Assembly (NCBI RefSeq): GCF_001447785.1
Contig: NW_015169805.1
Coordinates: 62,001-126,000, forward strand
DNA from: Gekko japonicus
Taxonomy: Eukaryota
DNA length: 64,000 nucleotides
Reading direction: 5' to 3'
A program made the translations under genes and the position numbers. The first letter of the stretch is position 1; each line of letters begins with the position of its first letter. The notes below the pieces were generated by a model. It ran no database searches and was not told where the DNA came from. It was given only the letters and a program-made list of their open reading frames with translations. Below are positions 1 through 13,810 of this stretch, piece by piece.

Positions 1-164
1 GCTAAGAGAGCTCTGACAGAAACTGCTCTTTTTCAAGAACAGCTGTGACAGAACTATGGCTTGCCCAAGGTTATCCAGCAGGTGCAAATGGAGGAGTGGG
101 GAATCAAACCCAGTTCTCCAAGATTAGAGTCTGCGCACTTAACCACTACGCCAAACTGGCTCTC
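1..164 (-). mobile_element. Squam3-like tRNA/Ther1-derived SINE, 5' part, cut by window edge
   Basis: Reverse complement of head gagagccagtttggcgtagtggttaag...ggtttgattcccc with A/B boxes; similar to copies at 25423 and 62818. Confidence 0.85.
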
Positions 165-2778
165 GGAAGACCTCTGGCCCAGTCTTTCCTACATCAGTCT
201 TTCCTACATCCGGCACAACAAAGCTGGTAAGAATTAAAGTAACATGCACTACATCTTCCCACTCCCTACCTGCTCAACCGACTAAAGATGACACTGACAA
301 AGAAAAGTCTCGTGCATGGCAATCTACAACAGATAAGAGGCTTGTTAAATTTACCAGTTAGGTTAAAATTATGCCAAATTAAGCCATTAAGCTTGTAATT
401 TAAAACCAGTACCACAGAAGTACTTGCATTAGTTGTCCAAGATGACACATTTTCAGAAGTTTTCCTCATACATCCTTACAGAGCAGGTGAAAAAAGAAAA
501 AGAAAAGTGGGATATGGTGGAAGAAGCACTTGGGAAGATCTTAAAATGACAACGTCAATGCGAGGCTAAGAGAAGCCGGAATGCCTTCAACACACTTTCC
601 CTGACGTTTCCACACAACGAAATATAAGGGTCAGTGGTAGTGAAACAAACAGCGGCAGTTCCACTCCTTCGCACTTATGAAAGCAAGTGACCCAAAGCTA
701 TTCTTGTCGTCTTAGGCCCTTTTTTGTTCTTAATATCCAGATGCAGCAGCCTTTTTATTTCAAAGAAATGACTGTGGCCACCTCGCTTGCATTTTTCCTT
801 TTCTTCAACGTTTTCACTTCATAAAGCTGCAGTCAATGTGTTTTTGTGTGCGGTGAGAAGGGAGTGACATTTCTAGTGGTGGTCTTGTCCACAGCCCACA
901 TTGGTGGCTCAAGTAGTCTCAGGATTAGGTCTTTGTGTGCGATGAAAGGATATGAAAAGTCAGTTATTTAAACTCAGTCAAGCTGTTGATTTTGGGGAGA
1001 AAAAAGGGGGTTTTCAATTCAACTTGCTTCAATAAATCACTGCCCTTTTTTTTCCAAGGGCAGCTGCAGATAGCACACAATGTTCCCTCAGAAACAAAGC
1101 GAGGTCTGAGGTGGGCTTTAAAAAATGCGACTTTTTTTTTTAAAGGGGGCGGGGTGAAACAGAAATAAAAGTTCATGGGCAAAATAGTTTCCAATGTCCT
1201 ACAAATTGACCTAATAAGCAGCTCTCTGGTCCAGGAAAATGCAGTTATAATCAAAATGTCAGAAAACAAATGTTTTGTAACTAACCACTGTGGCTTTTGG
1301 TGTATCGATATCTAATGTCAAAAAAGGACAGGGAAGCGACAATGGAGGGGTGAGAGAAAACACAACTAGAATAATTTAAGAGGCAATATTTTTCAAAGTT
1401 GCAAAGTAGAATCACCAAGAGGGCCATTCTTAAAGCTCTCCACAGGTAACAAAGCTTTCCAAACAGTTTAAATCTAGACTTCTGGAGGAAGAGGGCTTCA
1501 TATGTTATGAAATAACAGCTTATGCATGTCTCACAACTTTCTCACTCAAATCCCCCCTTTTGACTGGAATTAAATCCCACTGGGTACAAGGAGACTTAAT
1601 TCAAAATGTGCACAGATTGCAGCTGAAATCTTGTGAACGTTTATTTACTCGTGTCTGGACCGCTAAATACAGAGGAGTCTAGGTAAGCATGCACAGAATC
1701 ACACTGTATGTGACTTTCTTGGTTTCAACTAATGAGGCAGCATGGTGGGGAAGGGGGGGGAGAGAAATCACTTAAAGGAACAACTCTTTGCTCCCATAAA
1801 ACTGCCTATACTAATCATATTAATTACAACTGTGATACAAGCAAATTGACAATATGACCACGGAAATTTAAATTTCTCTTAAAATTCACACTCCCAGCTC
1901 TGAAAGGCTTAAAAGCAACACTATGGTTTTCACAGAGAGGTGGGTTTTTTATTTAATTCTCTTCAGCGCATTCCTTGAAGCATCCCAAGGTCCTGACAGG
2001 CCAGGTTTATTTGTGCAGAACTGAAATATGCAACTGCTTGTCTAGCAAAAAGGCTGGAAGGCTTCTCAATGACCAAACGATAACTCGGAAAATGGACCAC
2101 TTCTCCGATGCAAATCCTCTCAAGAAAAGCTTCTCCACACAAAGTGAGAGAAGAACCAGTTACTGCATTGTTTACTGAGTTTCACTTGATTCCTCCTGAC
2201 AACCATTTGAACAATGACTGTTGGGAAATGTCCCTCAAAGAATCAACAACAATGGGAGAGGCTCAGCGCTTTTATACTTCGTTAATACTGATTCCTTTCT
2301 CTCTCTCGCTCTCTTTTTTAAGGAGAAAATATTTCTTCCTGAAGGGATTAGAGGATGTCTTATAAAAGACACCTGCAAACAAAACAAGTGACAAAGGATC
2401 TCTATCATATTCCATAACAGTTATCCTTTGTACAAAGCTAGGCTTCTCCAGACGTAAATAAACCAGCGGTCCTTCACAATTCAGCTGAACATACATCAAC
2501 TAAATCAGTACTGCCAATATTCAATTGAGGTAAAAGACGAGGAGGAGGGCTGAACGGAAGACAAGCCATACCGCATATCTAAAAAGAAGGCATCTAAGAG
2601 AGTCTTATGCCCAACAAAATATTGGAAGAGCATGGGTATGAAGGATAAATTCATTTATCCCTGAATGAACCCTTCATATGGCAGTATACAATATGCTTTT
2701 ACATTGCCAGGGGCTTATATGCTATCACTTTTGTTCGTTTGTTTGGTTGGTTGGTTGGTTGGTCGCTTGGTTTTTTAG

Positions 2779-2968
2779 GCTATCAAGTCACAGCTGACTT
2801 ATGGTGACCCCGGTGGGGTTTTCAAGGCAAGAGATGTTCAGAGGTGGTTTGCCATTGCCTGCCTCCACATCACAACCCTGGCATTCCTTGGTGGCCTCCC
2901 ATCCAAATACTAACCAGGGCTGACCCTGCTTAGCTTCCAAGACCTGACGAGATCACGCTTGCCTGGGC
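2779..2968 (-). mobile_element. 5S rRNA-derived SINE with RTE-like tail
   Basis: Reverse complement contains 5S-like gatctcgtcaggtcttggaagctaagcagggtcagccctggttagtatttggatgggag, then ggcaatggcaaaccacctctg...cttgaaaaccc. Confidence 0.85.
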
Positions 2969-3029
2969 ATCTCTGGTTAGGAAGTCCAAATCTTTCATTT
3001 GGCCCATGAGGCCTACTGTTGCAGGGCAG

Positions 3030-3095
3030 TTTCAGGTGGGTAGCCCTGTCAATAGAACACATTCAAGTCCAGTAATACCTTAAAAGACCAACACA
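3030..3095 (+). mobile_element. Half of a Penelope-derived terminal repeat
   Basis: gtttcaggtgggtagcc...caagtccagtaataccttaaaagaccaac matches the arm of the hairpin at 63263-63481. Confidence 0.6.
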
Positions 3096-3466
3096 ATTCC
3101 CCACAATATTCTATTGGCAGAAGGGTTCAAATTTGTCTTCTCACAGTGGCAGGATACAACCCCAGGGACTCTGAGACCTAAACTAGGAAACCTGTGATTT
3201 GAAGATAGAACCCAGGTTAAACAGCTTGGATCTTTACAACTTAAGAGCCCTCTTTAGCACATAGAAACCAGCAGGAGTCTAGAATACTGGCCCATGTGTT
3301 AGGCAAGTAGTATGGAGGCTCTGGCTTGGCCCAATCTGATATAAACTGCTGGTTAAGAGACAGTCCTTGTTCACATTAACAATGGCTAAAGGTTGCTACA
3401 TATAGAACCCTTAAATGACGAGGTCACTGGGAAAAGCCGGGGAGAATTTGTCCAGACCCACTCCCA

Positions 3467-3554
3467 CAGTAAAATCCTACATAGAGTTACTCCAGTCTAA
3501 GCCTACAGAAATCAATGAGCTGAGACTGGAACAACACTGCATAAGACTGCACTG
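3467..3554. repeat. Short palindromic MITE-like element; related copies near 1540-1705, 41642-41718, 50205-50290, 56140-56205
   Basis: cagtaaaatcctacatagagttactccagtct...agactggaacaacactgcataagactgcactg is an imperfect self-complementary repeat. Confidence 0.6.
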
Positions 3555-6124
3555 CCAGTATCTCAACCACAGCTAAGAGATGGGGACTCACTGTTTCTCC
3601 ATCAAGTGTAAATCAAGCACTATATATTCTGCCTATGTCATAAGAGTCCATTGGTCAAAGAGGAGCCCAGTGTTCCTATCTGAGCAAGGGATACAACATT
3701 CAGCAGTAGAAAGCCACTCTGAAAAAGTGAGTGCTCTGAACTGCATGGTTTAATTGTCATGTGCTCCTGTTTTTTTCGGTCTGATGCAAGACATTAATAG
3801 GCTATAAATCTAGCATAAGATGGCTGTAAGATACAAGTGTGGAACAGCCAAGTTGTGCCTAGTAAACATTCATACATCCAACGAAACAAAGTGCCATGGC
3901 TTACCAAGGGCACCTTGCCATTTGGTATTGCAAAACTGCAAGAAGCAGCTTAGTATTTGTTTCAAAGCAATAGACACAACTGACCAGGACAGTCCGCTAT
4001 GATAGTTCACAAGTTTTTTGCCCAGTTTAGATTTTCTTGTATATTTTAGTATGCCTGTAAGTTTAAAGGCTTAATATATTGTGTTAGAAAGATAGAAATG
4101 TAAGAAGAAAGAGAGCTTATAAAGTAGATTTAAAAACGGCAAGTTTCCTAAAATCTGTTGAACCACAGAGTCCTTGAAAAGCAGGACAAGATGCAGTAGG
4201 AAACTTTGGGTTTCTCCCCCCCCCCAACACTGCTGACAAGATTAGTCTTCCTTTTTAAAGAAGAAAGGATACCACTCAGTAGATTGCTATGTCAATGTTT
4301 TACTTTCAAGAGAAATGGAAAACACAGAATGTGTTAACACTGCGTAAACACTACTTTTTAAAGCCCGCATTTAAATCAAATGTTCCACTTCCTTCCTCAA
4401 AATATGGTTTTGTATAAAATAAAGTACTAGTGTATGTCAGAAAAGCAATAGATGCCGATACAAATGTGACCGTAGCAGTCACATTAAAAGTGAATGCACA
4501 GTTTTTGTTTAGTCAAATATTTATCCATCACCTTTCCTGTTTGCTCAAGGTGGCAGTTCCCAAAATAAGGGCCCAAAGAACATAGACAACAGAGCCAGGG
4601 GTTCAGAACATAACAAGGCTGGTTTCCCAGCTGGTACACAAGCAGTTGCCAAAGAAAACGTGCTATCTCCCTAGATTCGCTCTTCCTTATCTGCAACAAA
4701 ATTTAGTAACTAACTCACAAATAACCCATAAGTGGTTGAATGGAACTCCATTAAAAGGCAGAAACGGTGGCAATCAGATCACAGTGACTAGTTGGGTTTT
4801 GCTTGTAATGGTGAGTTGTATTTCTTAAAGCTATTGTTAGGCCAATAAAGGTTATTGGAACTGGAATTGGAGTTGTACTTCCCCTGCTTTTGTTGTGCAG
4901 TTATGTTTTCAGCAAGTGTCGCTTATCACTTTTATTCGGATGAACTCCTTTGCTGATGCAGTTATTATCTAAATCCTGGCTCTCCCCATCACCCCCCCCA
5001 CACACACACACACACATACGTGATTATTGGTACAAGTTGGTGGAGAGCTCACCCCTTTCAATTCGGCATGAGCCATAGGTCCCCCTCTCCATGCTGACTG
5101 GTATATATTCTTTTCTCTGCCAGTCCACTGAGCCCAAAGGAATGGACATCCAAATGTCTTCTGTCTTTGTCACGTATGGAGACGCTCCAAGTTCATTCTT
5201 GATTTAAGCAGTGACGTGTCTGTGAAGCTCTGGCACCAGACCATATAACTCCAATTGTGAGGTCACTACACAGGCTGCCAATCAGATTCCAGGCTCCACT
5301 CCAGTCGCTGATGCTTAGTTTTATGATCTCAGGTCCACATATCTAAAGGACTGCCTCTCCCTGCAGGTTCTCATGTGGCAGTTTCCTTCTACTGTCAGTA
5401 CTCTGGTTTTCTACCAGCCATGGTGACTGAGGGGAACTACTGAAACAAAAAGAATATGTATTAAATTATCCATACTTTGCATAAGTATATTGAACTTGTA
5501 CGGCAACTTTTTTGTCTTGGTCTACTCTCTAGGGTTGCTGGGTCCTTGTTGTTGTGGCCTCTGTGTAAGACAGGATGCTGGACCAGATGGACCACTGGTC
5601 TGATTCAGCAGGGCTCTTCTTATGTTCTTAGGCATGATTAAAACAATTTTAAAAACAGTTAAAATACATACAAGACATAGACACGTTGGTTAAGAAAGAG
5701 GGATCCTTGAGGGAATGCCCAACAAAACAAGAAAGTTTTAACTCACTGGTGAGAGATGGCAACAGAAGGGGACAGATGAATCACTCTGAGGAGAGAGTTT
5801 TCGAACTTTGGTGCTATGACCGAGAAGGCCCTCTCCTGGGTTCCCACCGGGCTGATCTCAGATGGCAGGGGCACCCAAAGCAGGGCCTCCTAAGATGACC
5901 GTAAAGGTGAGGAAGGTTCATAAAGGATTAGGTGGTCCTTCAGATATACTGGTCCCAAATCATATAGGGCTTTGAAGGTCAAGACCAGCACCCTGAATTG
6001 TGCCTGGAAACAAACTGGAAGTCAGTACAGATAGGTGAAGACTGGAGTGATTTGGCCCCTATGACCCACACCAGTCAACATCCTGTCTGCAGTGTTCTGT
6101 ACCAGTCTAATTTTCCAAACACTT

Positions 6125-6393
6125 CCAGGCTAGCCCGATCCCGTCAGATCTCGGAAGCTAAGCAGGGTCAGCCCTGGCTAGTATTTGGAAGGATGACCTC
6201 CAAGGAATACAAGAGACATGACGCAGAGGCAGACAACGGCAAACCACCTCTGAAACATCTCTTGCTTTAAAAACAAGTCTAGCTCGCCACCTAGTGGTGC
6301 ATAACACTAAAGACCTAGAACTTCTGGATGCCAGACAATCTTAGGCTCTCCTGGCTATTCTACACACACAATGCCATACGGTGATTGTTATTA
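6125..6393 (+). mobile_element. 5S-derived SINE with about 120 bp of extra 3' sequence, inserted in L2
   Basis: 5S-like head gcccgatcccgtcagatctcggaagctaagcagggtcagccc; degenerate flanking repeat tttccaaa(c/g)ac at 6112 and 6394. Confidence 0.75.
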
Positions 6394-8249
6394 TTTCCAA
6401 AGACATTTCAAGGGCAGCCCCACACAGAGAGCACTGCAATAATCTAATCTAGATACAACCAAAGCACACACCAGAGCAGCCAGATTCCCCCACCCCTCGA
6501 AAATATAGGACCTGTCTAACCAGTCGAACTTGGTAAAAGGCACTCTTGGCTACAGCTGCTACCTGCTTACCCAGCAGTTGGCCCGGGTCCAACAGACAAC
6601 CCCCCAGACTGTGGACCTGTTTCTTCAAAGGAGGTGCAACCCACCCAGAATAGGTGACACCTTAAATCCCAGCTCAGGACTTCCACCCACCAGCAATACT
6701 TCCATCTTGTTGGGATTAAGCTTCAGTTTATTAGCCTGCTGCCACTCCAAAACTGCCTCTATGTACCAGTTCAGGGTTTCTTAGAGACTCCCAGGCATCA
6801 GCTGAAAGAGCCCGATAGAGCTGAGTGGCATCCACATATTGATGACAACCCCGTCCAAATCTCCACATGACCTCACCCAGCAGTTTCATGTCGATGTTAA
6901 AGAGCATATGGGGCAAAGATGGAATACTGCGGAACACCACAGGCCAAAGTCCAAGAGGCTGAACAGCAGTCCCCCAGTATCATCTTCTGAAATCTAGTCT
7001 TTAAGTAGGACCAGAACCACCACAGAACATGCCTTCCAAACCCAGTCCAGATAGACAATCCAGAAGGATACCAAGACTGATGGTACTGAAAGTGCTGAGA
7101 GGTCCAGGAGAATCAAAAGAGTCACACTCCCTCTGTCCATCTCCCAGCGCAGGTCATCCACCAAGGCAACCAAGGCTGTTTCAGCCCCATAACCAGTCCT
7201 AAACCTAGAGTGGAAGGGGTCTAAACAATTTGCCCCATTCAGGAAAGCTCAGAGTTGTCCAGCCACCACCTGTTCAATCACCTTGCTCAAGAATGGAACG
7301 TTTATGACTGGTCGACATTTACTGAGATCTCTTGGGTCAAGGGTACACTTCTTTAAAAGTGGATGTAGCACAGCCTGTTTCAAGGCTGGGGTGTGACCAC
7401 CCTTTCTATTAAGGTAGCATTAACTACCCCTCAAACCCATTCAGCCAGCCCCTCCCTGGAAGAACAAGGGTCATACAAGGAAGTGGAAGCCTCAAACTTG
7501 CAGGATTCTGTCCTCATCCTTAGACTGAATAAACTGAAGAGTTTCCCACACAATTGGACAAGTCAGTACCTTGGCACCATCTGACCCTGTCACTGCTACT
7601 GTAGACTCCAAGTCGGAATGGATGCAAGAGATTTTGTCTGCAAAGTGCTGAGCAAAACAGTTACGGTGGACCACTGAGCAGTCTACCTCCTGCTTCAGGC
7701 AAGATCACAACAGGCCTCTGACCACCCAGAACAGCTTGCTGGCCTACATTATGCAATGAAATGGTGGCAGGAAAGTGTTGTTTCTTTACCTCCACTGCTG
7801 CCACAAAGTATGCTTTAAAATGAACTTTTGCCTGTATTCTATTGGATTTGATCCAAGTCTTCTTCCACTTTTGTTCTAGCTGCCTCCCTTGTACTTTCAT
7901 CGCCTGCAGCCCCTCAGTAAACCACAGGGCCACCTGGGCCCTAACACCTGAGAGAGGGCGCCTAGGAGCGATCCTGTCTACTGCCTGGGCATTTTCTCAT
8001 TCTAGAGGGTCAACCAGGGCATCAGCAGGAGGACCAACCCTATCAACAAGATAATTCCCCGAAGGCATCAGAAAGCCATTCGGAGCCACATGGCTTCAGG
8101 GATGGATCACCTTAACGGATCCCCCACCCCTGCTTATCCCCGTAAGCGTAAACCCGAGCAGTGAAAAAGGAACCATCGTCAATTCCTCCACCCTCTGATT
8201 ACATTCCTCCTGCCAAGAACAAAATACCAGATCAAGACTGTGACTAGCA

Positions 8250-8497
8250 TGCCCTGACCTGGATAGCCCAGGCAAGCCCAATCTCGTCAGATCTCGGAAG
8301 CTAAACAGGGCCGACCCTGGCAAGTATTTGGATGGGAGACTGCCTTGGAATACCAGAAGGGGGAGGCGGGGGCAGGCTTTATCCAGCCACCTCTCTGAAT
8401 GTCCTCCAGGCCCCCAGTAGGGGTCAGTCACCAGAGGTCATCATGACTTCCAGGTGCACACACGCTCACATGCACATAGATTTTTTTTAAAAAGAGC
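8250..8497 (+). mobile_element. 5S-derived SINE with variant tail and 10-bp TSD
   Basis: TSD gtgactagca at 8240-8249 and 8498-8507; removing it restores L2 endonuclease GPTHCASHSLDLVF. Confidence 0.9.
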
Positions 8498-8935
8498 GTG
8501 ACTAGCACAATGTGTAGGACCAGACGTTACTTGACGCAGGCCCATGGTTCTCAGGGAAGCCATGAAATCCTGTGCCGCTCCTGACAACACAGCCTCGGCA
8601 TGAATGTTGAAGTGCTCTGGAACAACCAGCCTAGGGTCCCTCAACACCATCCCCGAGACCAGCTCTGAGAGGTCAGGTAGGGAGACTGTCAGGCATCAGG
8701 GTGGGCGGCGGTACACTAGCAGAATCCCAGTCCTGTCTCTCAATCACAGCATTAGGTATACAGCCTCAAAATCAGTAGTATTCTGGATGGGGCACCATGC
8801 TAGGGGGACAGAATGCTTATAGACTACAGCAATACCACCTCCCTGCCTGCCAGACCTATGTCGATATATCACCTAGTGCCCTGGAGATTAATACCTCCCC
8901 CCTCCCCTAGCCAAGTCTCAGTGATACCTTCCAGG

Positions 8936-9146
8936 CAGTGTTCCCTCTAAGCTAAGTTAGGGTGAGCTAGCTCACAGTTTTTTATCCTCCGGCTCACACA
9001 CTTTTGCCTTAGCTGAGGAAGGATGGCTTCAGAGCAAACTAATTTTATGCAGTAGCCAAATTGCTCGTGCACAACTTTAATCCCGCGGTAGCTCACCAAA
9101 GTAGGACTTTTTGCTCACAAGACTCCACAGCCTAGAGGGATCCTTG
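8936..9146 (+). mobile_element. hAT-type MITE, TIR CAGTGTTCCCTCTAAGCT
   Basis: TIRs plus 8-bp TSD cttccagg/cttccggg. Confidence 0.85.
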
Positions 9147-10482
9147 CTTCCGGGTCAGCCCTCTCATCCGGGATTAACTCCTGGAGGGCTGCTGTTTCCC
9201 CTCTGGCACTTAGCAGCTGGATTCTATAGCCTGCTGCGTGTTTATACGACTGCCAACATCACTTTGGCTGGAAACCATAAGGGGCAGGCGTCTACTGTCC
9301 CTTCCCTAGCCTACCCTTTTCACACTACCATATCTCCCCCTGCCCCACAAACCATCCATCATGGTGCCACCTCTCAACCTATTCTGTCCCATGGGGTTTC
9401 TATTCTGATCCCTGGCTACGAGGCCATCCAATTTATGTAATTCGTCCCCCTCAGAAAAGATGACAGGGGGTGAGATCACATGGACAGACGTTGATAACAC
9501 ATGAACTTTATATACAAGGTCATGTACATCACAAATAGGAAGATTTGAGTCTGGTAGGACTGTCAACACCAACATGACTTCCAGGCTGTAAGCTTTCAGG
9601 AGTCAAAGCTCCCTTTCTCAGAACTTTGACTCTTGAAAGCTACCCTGGGAAAGATATCCTGGGAATCTGGTTGGTCTCTAATGTGCTACAGGACTTGCAT
9701 AGTGCTCTTCTATGCATACCAATGAAAAGTCTAGCTGTCCTCCTCTGCGTGAATAAGAATGCCACCTCAGATTCAAGCTACGGAATGATCGGAGTACAAC
9801 AGGAATCCCAAAACAAGGCCCGCAAGACAGACTACTCTATGGGGAGTGTGAGGCGCAAGTTTTGCCCTGTGGAGAAGCCATTAACAAGCCAGTTCATTGC
9901 CACAGAGTTAATTCCTCGCTACTTCCCCAACAACTTTTGCACTTAAACTGCTCTCTCTTTTTCTTTGTATTTATAACAAGTTTTTTCTTTTGTTCTCATT
10001 ACAGCTATTATTTTCAGCCCTATTATCACTAATCTCTTCTTTGTAAATAGCCACACCTGTTTTAATCCCAAACAGTGCGGTAAACATTGGCTTCTTTGAG
10101 GAAGTACACGCATAATTAGGTTAATCGGTGCTATCTTTTCATGTGAGCTGACTGTTTCTTTACTGTGGACATATTTCATAACGCTGCAGCAGGCTTGCCA
10201 TATGGCCCCAAGGCAAAACTAGATGCAACTTACCAAGCATGTAGCTACTGCATACAGAAACCCTGACACGACGGTAAGCTGTGAAGGAGCCAACACCTCC
10301 CTGCCCCCGATTACTCATTCCTTCCCCCCCCCGCACTCCAATTTGACTACACCCTTCTTAAACAATTTCTTTCATTAAAAACCAGTTGAAATTCTAACAA
10401 AAATATCGACACAAACATTGAAAGAGAGAGAGAGAGAGACTATAAATACAACATCAGATTCTACAACAGTTTCTGCTTTTAC

Positions 10483-10562
10483 CTGTATAAAGTCCAGGAA
10501 TGTTAACGGAAGTAAGTCGTCCAGGTGGCCAATGTCTTTGGAGAAACGATTTAGAATCCTTC
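10483..10562 (-). CDS. ABCC4: ABCC4 coding exon (exon 20 equivalent), (G)[26 protein letters not shown]
   Basis: Inside ORF 10375..10677(-); ttttacAG acceptor, GTaaaa donor, 80 bp; peptide matches recalled human MRP4. Confidence 0.97.
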
Positions 10563-11658
10563 CTGTAAAACAGGATGTGAGAGAAATTGAAGTTTGTTTG
10601 TTGGAATCATGGGGGTGTGTGGCTGGTGGTTTGGTTATCCCATTCAAAACAGAAAGTATTTTTAAACTCCGTTTCACTGTAAATTGGCTTGATGATCTAA
10701 TTAAATCAAAACAAAACTGCTGACACTGACATGCAGTTGAACCAATTTATCAGCGGGTATAAAGTCAGTCAATGTTACCTCTACAAAAAGGACAAAAATT
10801 TGCATATGCAAAAAGAGTTGCACTGAATTACTTCTCAAGCATGCCCAGTTTCAAGATCACTCTCACTAATCCCTTATTACCAACGGTGAGCAACAGAGGA
10901 GCGTCTCCCCCTACATCAGTACTTGATGAAACAACTGGAGCCAAGCTGGGCCTAGACTGAGCCACGCGTCTGGATAGAAGATACGCTGGTAACTCTGAGC
11001 ATTTCAGCTAATTAGATTTCAAGGAAGGTTTCAACACAGTAGGCATGATGAGTGCATACCCACTGACGTTGCAGCTATTTCTAAAATCGGAGTTCTGCTA
11101 CTGTTTAGTGGATGTAGCACATCCTTTCTATAAAGAATAAACATATCTCCTATCAAGGGTCACCAGCCTTTTATTTAATGAGAGCTACTTCTGAGGAAAG
11201 AAGAAGATCCTAAGATATCTCTCCCCGCCACAAGCTGCACAGGAAAAATATTATGAAATAAAAGCTTTGTATGGGAAAGAAAGAGTAGAGCAGACCTTTT
11301 CCCAATCTTTTTCTGGGTCTTCTAAAGCAGCTGCTAATGGGTGGGGTGTGGAAGTAGTTCAATGGGGGGAAATTGTTAAAAATTTACAAAAAAAAATCAC
11401 AGGAGTAGCTGTGTTGTAGCAAAATAAAACAAAAGGTCCAGTGGGACTTTAAAGACTAACATCATTTATTTCTATCTGAGTTTTTGTGAGACACGCTCAC
11501 TTCTCCCCACAACATCTACCTGCAAGCGGGATATGCCATCTCCTGCCAGCCCTACATTCCACAGATTGTCCATCCTTGACCCTTTGCTACGCTAGCAATA
11601 ATAACAGAATACCTATCAATATGTACATGATCTTCTCAGACAAGTTTCTATTATGGCA

Positions 11659-12048
11659 CAGGGTTGCCAGGCTCCTGCCAGGGGCAAGGGGTCTCCCACT
11701 CCGGGATCCCTCCTCCAGGCGTTGATCCGCTGGCTGGTGGGGCAGCTTACCAGCAGCAAAAGAAAACCTATGCTGGCATCGCTGGCAATGTCACTTCCAG
11801 AGTGCACTGGAAGTGACATATTCGCATCATGGGACACTCTGGGCAAAAACTCTATGGTAAAAATGACCTCTACCATAACAGCTTTCCCCCAAATTCCAGA
11901 GTATTCCTATGATGCCAGTGAGGTGATGACATCACTTCCAGTGCATGCCAGAAGCAATGTCATTGCCAGTGCTGGCCTAGGCCTCTCTTTGCCGCAAGTA
12001 ACTCCCCCCATTCTCCCACCAGTTGCTAAGTGGTACCTGGCAACCCTA
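11659..12048. mobile_element. hAT (Blackjack-like) MITE, TIR AGGGTTGCCAG
   Basis: cagggttgccagg ... cctggcaacccta with internal inverted repeats and degenerate 8-bp TSD ttatggca/tcatggtg. Confidence 0.75.
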
Positions 12049-13244
12049 TCATGGTGGGTCCCAAATTCTTTAATCTGTGGGATATAAGATTGAGAACCAT
12101 TGTTTTAGGGGATGCACAGGATACTCTGTAGCTGCTGATGAGCTACTGTTAGCTCACAAATGACATGGTGTAGACCCCTGAAATGGCTAATATGTAAGCA
12201 CTGACTAAAGCATTCATTGTTCTGTTTTCTGACACTTTAACTATGTGAAATTTCTGCCAGGACAAGAGTCCTTTAATTACTGACATTAAAATCTTCTTAT
12301 ATTTATCAATAACTTCTTCAGAAACAAGCACAGGACAGAATACTCAATTTAAAAGATGGTTATTATACCATGCCGAAAGATTTTAATGAGGAAAAAAGAA
12401 CATTTTGCATTACTCATGCCGCAGGATTACATGTGCCTACGATTTCAATGACTGGCTACTACCTGAGCATATACTGCAACAAATTAGAAGTCAATGTTTG
12501 TTTGAAAATATTACCCACGCTATTGCTTCATAAAGCAGTAGAAAGCAGTAAAAAGTCAGAAAGCTCCGAAAGAACTTGCTTTTAAAACAATGACCACAGA
12601 TATTCCACGCCACAACAGCCCTGTCAACCACTGCTGTGCCCAGAGAACTTGTTGCAGAGTTGGGCCTGGAGTCCTCCTTCTAGGCAGTCCTGGACAGCCT
12701 TGAGTGCCACTGAATACTATTTGGCAATCCCCCCCAAAAAAAAATATATATATCTTGGAGCCATGAATTGGGTGAGCACCATTTACACTGTGAGCGGAAA
12801 TCAGCCTCATCTGACGCTGGATTCCAAAGCTTTATGTTAAAACCAGCACTCTGGAGTTTCAATTCACTTTCCGAGTGCGGCTAATTTGGATTCGAGACAT
12901 TTTGTCCGAAGTTGCTTCAACGTGGGGATTTCCCACACACACAGAATGCAGGAAGCCCCAAGGTGAGAGGGGAATATCCATATGATGTCTAAGCATGACT
13001 CATGGAATTCCTGGGTCTTTCCCCTGAGAGCCAGAGAAAAGCATAGCTGGTTTCTCTCCAACTCAGTCCTTGGGGGCTAGAGAGGAGTGTTTGTGTGGAC
13101 GTTCCCTCTAACACCACTACACGGAAAGGGAGGGGGCTCAGCTCTCAAAATAGCACAGAGATAGCTTTCTGCTAGATGTCATCCCCCCCCCCAACTTTTT
13201 AAAAGGGCTTTCCCCCTACTTTCCCTGCTGAGCTACACTGCACT

Positions 13245-13810
13245 GCGGAATTCGCTGCCAGAGGATGTAGTGATGGCCACAGCTTTAAAAGGGGATTAGA
13301 TAGATTCATGGAAGGTAAGTCTATCAATGGCTACTAGCCATGGTGACTGAGGAGAACCTCCACATTCAGAGGCACTAATATTCCAAGGCCCCATTAGGGG
13401 AAGGCCTCAGCCTCTGTGACTAATTGTTGGCCCTCCAGAGGAACTGGCTGGCCACTGTGTGAGACAGGATGCCGGACTAGATGTAGTACTGGTCTGATTC
13501 AGCACAGCTCTTCTTAGGTCTATTTATTTATTTGATGTATACCCCAGGTTCTGATGTTCCTGTGCCTTTAATAGTATCCTGATCTGGTCTATCAATGGCT
13601 ACTAGTTATGGTGACTGAGGAGAACCTCCATATCCAGAGGCACTAAGCCTCTGAATCCCAGAGCCAGGAGGCCACATCAGGGGAAGGCCTCGGCCTCTGT
13701 GCCCGGTTGTTGGCCCTCCAGAGGAACTGGTTGGCCACTGTGTGAGACAGGATGCTGGACTAGATAGATCACTGGTCTGATCCAGCAGGGCTCTTCTTAT
13801 GTTCTTATGT
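13245..13810 (+). mobile_element. Two tandem CR1 LINE 3' ends
   Basis: gaattcgctgccagaggatgtagtgatggcc...ctatcaatggctactag unit occurs twice; second ends in cttatgttcttatg tail. Confidence 0.8.

Larger units (their letters stand above)
5632..9180 (-). mobile_element. Decayed L2-clade LINE (endonuclease, RT, 3' end), interrupted by two 5S-SINEs and a hAT MITE
   Basis: Minus-strand frames show ITETWL, HFNIH, GPTH..H.LDLVF (endonuclease) and LFNI.MK.LGEV, HQYVDATQLY (RT). Confidence 0.85.

Noticed and set aside
8250-8370. Functional 5S rRNA genes
   Set aside because: The 5' end differs from 5S, copies are dispersed and diverged, carry TSDs and foreign tails; these are SINEs.
1-10482. ABCC4 exon 21 (TLLQVVGVV...)
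   Set aside because: No matching sequence found by eye; it is probably beyond the window start. Exon 16 was likewise not seen after 62456.
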